Shown piece after piece: positions 54,071 to 64,000 of a stretch of DNA of 64,000 nt (position 1 is the first letter of the stretch; each line of letters starts with the position of its first letter). The position numbers and the translations under genes are program-made. Where the stretch lies: positions 9,550,001-9,614,000 of the forward strand of contig NW_024704742.1 in NCBI RefSeq assembly GCF_018977255.1, read 5' to 3'. Source of the DNA: Callorhinchus milii. Its lineage: Eukaryota. The notes under the pieces are model-generated. The model was not told the DNA's origin. It was given only the letters and a program-made list of their open reading frames with translations, and did no database searches.

Positions 54071-55933
54071 ATCTTCCCTATGGGTGGAAGAATCGAACTG
54101 AGAAACTATGATCATGGAATTTAAGCAAACGGCAAATGCCACACTGATTCAACAGGGGGTTAAAATGTGACCATTACGTACGTCGGAGCAATGGAGGAAG
54201 GAGCTCCACATCATATTTAATGGATGCGTGTGATCCTTTCCCTCGAAAAGAAAATAAATGTCCATTTCCCCGAATGAAAACACAGCAATTTCATAATCTT
54301 ATCAGTGGCGCAGTGCATTGGGATGATTCTGTCACACTGACGCATCTTAGAATGCAGTTGGATGCTGATAAGTGCGTGAATAAGGTACCAAGAAATGTTG
54401 TGCTTGGATCAGAATACTGCTTGGGTCAGAAGTACATTTTTCCGGACTGGACTGTACGAAATACAGAAATCACAAAAGGCTCTTGTTCAAATGGCAAAGG
54501 TGAACCATTATCTGAGTGTTATTTCCTCAACCAATAGATTCATTTCAAGAAGTTATGTTTAAAAAAAAGCATGAAAAAAGTCCATTCGAGCATCAAACTT
54601 ATTTCTTCCCTTGACTTTGCCCAACTGGTGCTGTCTGCTGTATCCCTCAAGGATTGGACCAATGCCTCATGCAATTGCCAATGCCAATGTCCACCTCAGA
54701 CCCTGCACCTCACCGAACTCTGCCACTCTGAGACACTTAGAAATGTAAATGCAACTTATTGTTGTTGTTGCATTCATTTCTGCCCTTTAAATCGTAGTTC
54801 ACCCTTAACCGAATCATTAAATTCTTAAATGGAGTGTTTTCCATTCTCCTCTCCCCCGCACCCCACCCACACCACCCAAAGGAATCCTAACACCAGTGAT
54901 AAATTTGATCATTAGACTGCTGACCATTTGGTTTCACAGCACAATCTTCTAAGGCTAACCAAAAACATCGCTACCAAATAGCTGACTCTGGTTGCTATCA
55001 GGCATTTAGCTGCTGCTGGAATAGGGCACATGAAGTACCTTTATGATTTAATGACTCAATGGCAGCTCTGTGTGCAGGATATCAATCATTAAATGAGATA
55101 TTAGTTATGTAATCTTCCTGGTAACACAATCCCATAACTCTCAATTGAAAGCTTTCTTTCTTTGTATCCAGGAACAAAATACCTCTCTTTAAGATTCTCC
55201 CTATTGTTATTTGTACGTGTAAATGCACCACATCATGTTACCAGAATGAATATCTATTTAAGTGCAGCATCTTGCATGGTCTGGTGCTGTTGCTTTTATG
55301 GAAAGGATTTATTGCTGTGTAAAAGGTAATCAGAAATACCAAATTCTCTGTCCAGCTTGCAATGCGATGTGAGCAGGCTTTTTTAAAGCCCACAAAATAT
55401 ACAGTCAATTCACTTTAAGGTATGTTCCCGTGAAGCGCTTTGAAATGTCTCGAAGGCATGAAAAGGAGCTACATCACTTTAAAGATTATTATTATCAGAT
55501 TTTTAAAAGAGAAGATAGAAGGGGAGGTTTTGCTGTGTAATAATCTTTCCAGTGCCGTTTTAATTAATATAGATCATTGAAAAACCCCACACTCAAGCAA
55601 ATAGATTTCTGGTGACTATTCCCATTCATTGCTCCCTGACTGGAGCTGTGAAGCACGTGCATGTGAGATTCCATGTGTTTCCTACTTCAGTCCATTGTCA
55701 ATACATAGCATCAGGCTCTCTCCGATGAAGGTAATGGTAATTTCATTCATGGTAGGGGAATAACAGGGGCCTATTAAATATTGCCATCGGGCACGCAGCT
55801 GATTTTCGGAAACAGCTTCACAGGAGGTGGGTCTGTTGTGATCACCAAGGAGTGAGTGCTGATAACTGTTAAATGAATAGATCTCCACATGTGTTTTGTT
55901 CTGTTTGTTTTATGTCCCCTTTCTGCCCTCCAG

Positions 55934-56001
55934 GTGCGAAGATGGATTCACTGGAGAAAGATGTAGGATCACTGTACCCATGAGAGTCTTTATACCTGAA
56001 C
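55934..56001 (+). CDS. NRG2: Neuregulin EGF alpha exon (Cys5-Cys6)
   Basis: Acceptor tttctgccctccag|G; reads G TGC GAA GAT GGA TTC ACT GGA GAA AGA TGT... = (K)CEDGFTGERCRITVPMRVFIPE; donor C|GTATGT. The phase completes the AA|G Lys codon from the common exon. 68 nt. Not in the ORF track. Confidence 0.88.
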
Positions 56002-57174
56002 GTATGTGAAGATATAATAACGCCTTTTTTTTCTCCTCTCCCTACAGCTCAGAAAAGGATTCCTTGGTGCAGTCGCTGATAAGGGGGGATTTGTATTTCT
56101 TTAAAAAAACACGTTTCAATTTAAAATGTAAGCAGGTCGACAGCCTGCTATTCCTAATATTAATCTTTGTTTGAACAAAATACATAGCATAGCAACAATT
56201 TTGTTCAAATACCTTAAACTGTCTTTTCAGCCATTGAAATCCTCCCCAATTATCCCTCTGCTCCTCCCCCTCTTCGTCCCCCTCCCCCAGCCCCCTAAAC
56301 AGAGAGCTTAATCTTGTAACGTTTCATGCTGTTTCTGTAAAACAAATTCCAAAGACACAGTTCCTCCTGTGTTTATGATTGACAAAGGCTAAGGATCCCG
56401 ACAGCAAAACTGACATCGGTGTATGAGTCTTTCTGCTTGAAAGGTTTAAAAATCTGGCATTTTCAAGAAGTACATTGAAACACTGAAACCAAACTTTCTC
56501 AGACTCCTGGAAAACCTGGGTCTAGATTTACTCTTATTTTAAGAGCGTGCAGAATTTGGCAAACTCTCAAGGACGGTATTTAGAAACTTTTTTTTCCTGC
56601 ATTCTTTTAAGAACTACAGAAATAAGGGCTTCAAAGCTAAGTCTGAATTCAAAAATTATCCAAATCCTGTACACTCTGAAATGCAACATGAATGGAATAA
56701 ATCTAACGCTATCCCAGGTTGAATTTTACTTCTTAGCTTTCCTTTATAATCTGACGCATGTTCTTTTCATGATATTTCACACTTATGGAGTAGGATATTT
56801 CCCATCCATTTATATTGTGAAATAATCCCAAGTGGAATGATAGAAATATTCACAAACTGTGAAAGTATATTAATTGACAGCAAGCTTCCTGCAACGTTTA
56901 ATCAGATTGCAGCGTGGATTGAGAAGTGCTGCCGCAGAGCTCATTGGGTTGAATTTTCATGGCTGGAAAATGCAGGGGATAAATGTATATTTTCTCCCTG
57001 ATGTTCTCCTTCTCAATGGAAGCCAATGAGATGGTGAATATCGAGGGTAAATTTGCAGGTGAAGTGAAACAATCAGCGACCACACCAAGGTTATCAGGCT
57101 CAGTGCAGAGGTTTGCTCTTTCCTGACTGATCTTCTTTCTCCTCTCTTTCTCTCATTTTTATTTGTCTTGTCAG

Positions 57175-57233
57175 GTGCCCAAATGAATTTACTGGTGATC
57201 GCTGCCAAAACTACGTAATGGCCAGTTTCTACA
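57175..57233 (+). CDS. NRG2: Neuregulin EGF beta exon (Cys5-Cys6)
   Basis: Branch-like CTGAC at about 57123, long pyrimidine tract, tcag|G; reads (K)CPNEFTGDRCQNYVMASFY; donor A|GTACGT. 59 nt. The peptide equals the NRG1 beta sequence as I recall it. Confidence 0.93.
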
Positions 57234-59461
57234 GTACGTCCACTTCTTCTTCTGTCTCTCCCTGAATTGGAGCTTGCTTAGTCACACTGTTGCTTCCTGC
57301 TGCTGTTGCTGCTCCTGCTGCCTGCATCTTCCTCTAAGATTTCAGCCTTCAGTCAGACGATAGCTCTTCCCCTTAGAAGTGAGAGGAAAAAGATAAGAGA
57401 GGCCACATCTGCTTGCAGCATGTAGCTGGCCACAAAGCCGAGGGCCTGTGTTTAGTGTTGTGTTCTTTAATAAGGAGGCAAATGGTTAAATGGTTGACCG
57501 AGAGATAGCGCTAACCATGCTCAGCAACTATCGAGGCAGATGACAGGGAGATGGATTGCGGTGTTCAGCAATGAGAATTGCAGGTCAGAAAAGTTGGAGA
57601 GAGAGATGATAAGTCTTGTGATCAGTCTGGGAGGTGATGAAGCGATGATGGGTAGGGGAAGAGATCAAGGATAGTAACCCCCAAAAAATGCAGATTGAGG
57701 AAAGTAGGAGCAAGGACGAGACGGTGTAAGGTGACGTGGGGTGTACAGATTAAAGAGCATTCCCTCGAGAGATGGGGATGTTCAGAAGAATTGATGATTC
57801 AGGAAGAGTGAAGAGCCGAGAGATGACAGAGAGTTCATCATTAAAAACAAATCTATTGCTGGAAACACGAGATACAAGATATCTTAAAAAACAGCATCTT
57901 CTAGTTATTGTCTCAGCTGTAGAATAACATCTATTTTATGATGGAAAGAAACGAGTTAAGCTTTCAGTCAAAAGGGATATCGGATTGAAGACAACAAGGA
58001 TTTTATTTATCACCTTCTGTGTTGCACACCTCATTATTTAATGTATCTCACATTAAAATACCTGATGCTCCCACCCTCACAATTGAAAATTCCATTCATT
58101 TTATATTGACACTCTAATTTTTTTGTAACGCAACTTCAAATAATAGTTGTACAGGGAGATAGGTCTCTTCCATGAAGCTGAATGAAGCTGAATAAGTCAG
58201 GAAAAGTAGCACTTAATGACCTGCATGCCGAATGGAATACAGAGATACTGCCCGAAATAGCTGAGAGGATAATTGTATCAAATAGGGAGTCTATGATAAA
58301 TGATGACAGCTTGGATTTTATAGCATCTACACGGTGGGTAGAGCTAAGGATCTAAAATGCTACGTGGACAGGCACAGCAAGTGCAGGAAGAGTGCAAGTT
58401 CACCAACTGTGGCATTATAAACACAGCAGGTTTCTGTTTAGTGTTGGTTTTGTCACCACGACATAAGGATGCATTCGAGAGAAGAAATCAAGGAACAGAA
58501 GCCCAAAATGGGAGAACTGCAGGGATCCATGAGAGCAGGGAATCAAAGAGAAATGAGAGTGTTCTTAGAGTGTGCGTCTGTCACTGTCACATTCTCCAAT
58601 TAATGATTGGAGTCTTGCAGTGTAAGAACACAGGGAATAGACTGAAGGAGGCATCGCAAGAATAATAATGATGTGATTCTTCTGCCTTATTGTTTGGATC
58701 TGAGAGTTAATGGAGGAATACAGCCTCTAATATGGTAGAGTCAGGTAAACACCATTCAACCCTTGTAGATTAACCCTTTGAGTATTGAGACATGTGGCAC
58801 ATCATGTATTCCTCTCGCCCCTTAAAGCAAAAGCCACTCACTTAGGTATAGTAGCCTCTGATGTACAGTTCCCGAGAGATATAGCATCAACTGCACCCAT
58901 GAGAAAACATTGTGTCTATACTCATCGGGCTGCTGCGATACTGGCAAGTGATACTGAAGAAAATTGGAGAAAATGGTTAGAAAACTCGCTCACACAGACC
59001 GACAATTTTCCTGTACAAATCTGTTGCTGATGAGTTCAACCTGGAGCCCCAACGCTTTCCAGGACAAGGTATTGCATCATCACTACTGTCTGTGCAGCTG
59101 ATGTGTGCTTTAAGTTCTCTCTGAATCCCTCTGTTTGTTGGAGAAGCTTTACCCGGAGTAAGAGAGGAGATCAAGCAGCCCTGCCCATCACATTCCATCT
59201 TCTGTGCCTCCTTCTGACCTCCATCGATATACCAACAATTGATATACTGAGCCATGAAGAGTTTTGCAACCTATGTTTCCTTTCCCCTGGCCAGAATGTT
59301 CTTGTCAATAGTGACACATTGGGAAGGCAGAGGCATGAACAGAAGAACAGCTATGTCCTCAGTAACCTACGAAAGCGAAGCCTTCCTCAAGAATGAAGAT
59401 GTGCAATTGACGAATGATGGAATTAGATGGAATTGATGTCAGAGGATCAGGAAGAATAGTG

Positions 59462-59642
59462 TATTGTGAGCATCCATGTCAATGAGGTAGACACAAGCTT
59501 GATTGAGGGACTGAGCTTTCTCAGTTGCACAATTTCTAAGTTTGCATATAACACGGAAATAGGGATAGGTACTAACAATGAAGAAGATTGTAAGCAACAG
59601 GCTCGAGGGGCAGAATGGCCTACTCTTGGTTCTATGTTTCTA
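59462..59642 (+). mobile_element. Degenerate CR1 RT fragment joined to a CR1 3' UTR
   Basis: Peptide IHVNEVD...CTISKFAYNTEIG...NNEEDCK resembles the CR1 RT motif IYINDLD...CTISKFADDTK; followed immediately by aacaggctcgaggggcagaatggcctactc. Confidence 0.7.
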
Positions 59643-62034
59643 AGAGTAAAGGAATGGACACATTTAGACAGTGCTCTTTGCAGTTTTGAAGGAAGGAGAA
59701 GGTGAACAAATGGTTTTCATGGATTCTGACCTTCAGTGCACCAACTCCTTTTAATGTCTATGTAGATCCTAGGCTGTAGGAAGGGAGATTGTGATTTATG
59801 TGGAAAATCACAAGAGTGAAGATCTGTCTCCTGTATCACAATGTGCTTAAATATCTTTATAACGTCAGACTCAATAATATGCTTGTCACAGAGCCATGTA
59901 ATACGAGAGCACAGGGATAAATCAGTTTATTTTTCCCCAAGATAGACAGTGAGATGAATGGCCACAAATCTGTTTTAGCTGTTGTTGGATTGGCCATTGT
60001 TAGCAGGATATTCAGTGACTGAGAAATGATAGAGACCAGAGTCTGAGGTGAGGCAATGGAGTATTTGACCATATTTTTAAATCCCAAATACTCTGTCTGG
60101 CATTGTAAATTGTTACAGAGATTTATTTTGCTTTTTAGATTAGCAGAAAGGGATTGTGAAATCCCAAGGCAGGCATATAAGCAGAAAGGAATTGTGATTA
60201 AAATTAATTAGAATATGCTGATCTAGGATTATTATAATGGACACAAATCATTTTTCTAGTAGCTACTGCAGATATTACACAAGATTGCAAACATCAATAT
60301 CAATTAATAGTATGAGGATGTGAATCTGAATCATTTAGGCCAGAATATTCAAGCCATATTCAATCAGTTTGCTCCATTCCAAAGGTCCAATGCTTGGAAG
60401 AATGAATAAAGGAAAATGCACTGAATTTAGAAGATAAGTTGATGGACCTCAAGTTTTAAACAGCATTATCTTGGTGGAATGCTTTCAATGTGTGTTTGGC
60501 ATGAGGGAGAGAGAGAAGAGGCAAGGGGGGAGGGTAAAGGGTTGTAGGAGAGAGCATAGATTGGTTGAGTTTACATGAATTAGGGAATGATACAGAATCA
60601 ACAGGAGTCTGTCAAAATCAGTTAAGCAGTGAACAATGAGTGGATATGCTAGCGTGAGGTGGAGGCAGAATGGGACAGGAAGCTGCTGTCTGTCTGAAAA
60701 CTCTCCAATCTCAGTATTAGCATATCTCAGGATATGAAGTGGTGAAACAGGGACAAAGAATGCACCGTCTCAGAATGTGTCAAACCTACAATGTTACTTT
60801 AAGCAAAACATATCCCGAGCGAGATGAGACATGGGGGCCCGGACTATATCTAAGGAGGGAGAAGGTCGCTTAATTGTTTGGGGAGTGAGGGAGGGAGGGG
60901 GTTCAGAAAATATCTATGCACCACCTTCTTCGGAAAGGAGGGAGACAGGTAGATTTACCTAGGAATTAATAAAAGTGAATATTCCTGACAGCCCGTAACA
61001 AATAGATGGTCCTCAATCAAATTACAATGGGGCTAAGTGGTCAACCAAGGTTGGGTGCATCACCCAGATTGTGTTTAATTTACACTACCTAAGTTTGATG
61101 CAGAGAAAAAGAAATATTTATTTTGAAGCAGCACAGCAACTGTCACCCAGGCCAGCAAAGTCGCTTTTAAATCGAATTATGAACTATGTATAATTCCTAG
61201 TATTAAACATCAGCAGGAATCATACAATTGTGAATGGAGGGAATCAATGATCGTGTTACTGGAGATTGAGCGAGGAGATCCTTTAAGTTTATCCTCCATG
61301 TTTAGGAACAATTCAGATTTGGAATGAAAGATTCCGTGGCCAACGGAGAAGCCATATAACATTATAGTCAGCACTGCAGACTTTGGCCATTGCTTGAATA
61401 ACATGAGGAAGTATTGAAGGGTGAGAGGAGTGCTAAACTCTGATAGTGTAAGGAAATAAACAACAGCACAGACATCTTGCCATCCAGAAGTATGATGCTG
61501 TAACATTGGTCTTCCTGTAGTCTTCTTTAAAAGGCAGAATGTTTTGTACTGACACAGTCTGAGGCCAACGTGCATTTTTTCAGTACCTAATAAATGTGTT
61601 GTTAAACAAAGGAAAGAGGATATGATAAGATTCGACGGGTTCCAGCCAAGTACAGGCTGATAATTCCTAAAGTGCACATTCCACAGCTCCAAGCATGTGC
61701 TAGTTTTTTTCAAACAACCCATTTCAGTTGCTAATAATCTTGACACAATCCTTTATGTTGAGAATATGCAAGAATGATTTTAGAGCTGTCAACATTGTTC
61801 CAATGCAGTTCTTTTGAGATTTGAGCTTATTTAAACCATCTAGCATGCAATGTGTAACCTGGCGTACGACAGTCCCATTGAGCCAGGCAAGGAATATAAA
61901 TATATCCAATCCTCTTTAATGTTGACCATTTCACAAATGTGTATTATTGCCTCAAATAATATAACATGTTATTAATCTGCCGCACAATATTGTTCATGTG
62001 GTCCAAAATAACGTAGCACAGTTTTAATGTACTC

Positions 62035-62349
62035 AATAATAATCCTTGCATTTGATATAACGCTTTTCACGTCGGGAGGACGTCCCAAAGCGCTTCACAG
62101 AAGACACTGTAAAGTGAATTGACTGTATATTTGTGGGCGAACGCGGCAGCCAATTGTGCACAGCAATGTCCCACAAACAGTCGTAGATTGAAAATGACCA
62201 ATTTATTATTGTTTTTGGTTTTGGAGGAATTATTATTAGGCTCTGTGTGGAGTAAGGAAACTTGCCCAAGGTTTCGCCCTCTGCCTGGAATTGAACTCAG
62301 GTCTCTCACTTGCAAAGCGAGTGCTCTAACCACTGAGCTACAGGACTCC
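62035..62349 (-). mobile_element. Full-length tRNA-derived SINE, short subfamily
   Basis: Reverse complement near-identical to 948-1263. Confidence 0.9.
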
Positions 62350-64000
62350 ACATATAGACCATATTGTTCACATTTGATGGGTGTAAAACTTTGCAAATAG
62401 ATGCAGAACACACAGCAGTTCCTTTATATGTACGCTGTGTGGATTTAAGGGTAATGTTACTGAAATCTGCCTGCCAGCTCAACCTAATCCATTACAGGGG
62501 CTTAGACAGTGGTCAAAGAGAAACCAATTTGTACCACATGCGCCCACAGCAACAAATATGTCACATCCCTTATCTCTGCCAGAATTCAAATCACACTCTT
62601 CGCCCTCTTCCTGCGCTACCAACTAACGCAACTTCCAAAAATGTAGCAATAAATATTTTGACACTTGTAATCTTTTCTCTGAAATATTACGAATGCAGAC
62701 GAATTGTTATCAGCCGGAGCACCTTATTACAACTGAACTGAGTTTCAATTTCTATAAGAAAGCCAGTCTCTAGGAAGTTTACAACACAGAAATATTTTAA
62801 GTGGCAGTCTGACATGAACCAGATAAACGTATAGCTGTAGCTGTTTTTGTTGAATTCTTAATATAGTAGTTTCTGGTTAACTGTTTGTGTCCTTAAATAA
62901 AGTTGAATAACGTAGCTTGGATTTGTGTGGGAGTCAGAGATCTGTGAAGAGAGAGATGCATGCAGATAGTATTGTCTTTATGTTCTGTGAGCATGTTCCC
63001 TTTATAACGCCCCTAGTCTGAAGCTTATGAAACTCCTATTTTTTTCTCTCTTTTGATGGCCTTTTCTTGAACCCTGATGTGAATGTGCCTTTCTGTGCTG
63101 TAATTGTAGCTACAACTAACATTCTTTGTTCGTTCAAGTGCAAGCATCCACTAAAAATTGTAGTGATATGCATGTTTGAGCTTGTGAGTGTTTAACAGCG
63201 GTTACTTTTCTTTTCAATGGAACTAATATGTATTGTTGGCAGTGCTCACATAGGACTGCAGTGGTGATCAATGCTGGACAAGGAAACCCAAATGTGATCA
63301 TGTCGAGTTTCTTCCTGAAAGCAAAACATGAGCGTACAGGGAATATTTTGAAAACGAGACATTCTTTTTATGGGGGGGGTATTTTTTTTCCTGTAACCAA
63401 TGTGATTCTCGAATTGAAAGGGCTACTATCCCTTCTAATACCTTAAATATAAAATAACTCTAACTGTAGTGGAATAAGTTGTATGATACCGTTCGTACCT
63501 TGTCGAAAGGGGATTGACTTCAAACTCTGGACACTTGAGTGCCAATCAGTAGGTTTTGCCTGACTGTGTCCAGCCAGCAAACACAGAAGGGGTAGGGATT
63601 TGATCGCACTCATCTAAAATAGCAACCCCGCAGTCTTCCCATTACCGCTTCTAGCTGTTATATCAAGTGTGGAAGTCTCCCAGTTCATGGAAAGCCTGAT
63701 CGTATTGAAAGTTTTCTCCTCTGCCTGAAACTCTTGTCAACTCTTCACTCATTTTGATTTAAACATGCAGGAATGTAGCTCGTACTGAAAATCAAGCTCC
63801 ATTTTACACAGCCCAGGAAGGCACATTTAGCTGTGCTATGGATTATGATCTGTTTTTTTCTGAAGGGATGATTTCACAAATCTCACTTTTACCATTTCCT
63901 CCCCTATTCCATTTCTCCCTCACCATCTCTAGTCTGCACATAAGCAATGGCAACTTTGGCTTTACCATCACTAGTGTCAGAGTCCAACTGAAGAAATTAT

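Noticed and set aside
55682..55888. ORF starting MEIYS, like the NRG1 type III (SMDF) N-terminus
   Set aside because: Wrong strand and position, non-ATG start, and no CRD similarity beyond five residues.
57480..57840. Purine-rich stretch as a possible antisense L2 endonuclease remnant
   Set aside because: Only faint motif hints; too degenerate to call by eye.
61210..61746. 178-aa minus-strand ORF and a plus-strand RGDPLS RT-like motif near 61270
   Set aside because: No supporting neighbouring motifs; at best a very old LINE remnant that I cannot verify.
1..64000. Recurring aatgcaaggattattatt and gtcaattcactttacag motifs as a CRISPR-like or novel repeat array
   Set aside because: Irregular spacing and both orientations; they are dispersed SINE tails.

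Overview
Eukaryotic (vertebrate) genomic DNA, almost entirely intronic. The repeat content points to a cartilaginous fish, probably a chimaera/elephant-shark type genome (inference): tRNA-headed SINEs with L2-type tails, L2 and CR1 LINE 3' fragments. The only recognisable protein-coding sequence is three short + strand exons of a neuregulin gene encoding the EGF-like domain: the common EGF exon (49397/49400-49544), an alpha exon (55934-56001, 68 nt) and a beta exon (57175-57233, 59 nt). The common exon looks NRG2-like, whereas the alpha and beta exons look NRG1-like. The beta exon keeps a second reading frame and a read-through tail matching the NRG1 alpha3 and beta3 isoforms as I recall them. 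I found no Ig-domain, type-III CRD, stalk or transmembrane exons in the window. Nearly all other ORFs in the track are repeat-derived or chance. There are no prokaryotic systems, CRISPR arrays or intact transposase/RT genes. Repeat boundaries were estimated by eye, and comparisons with human proteins are from memory and need alignment.
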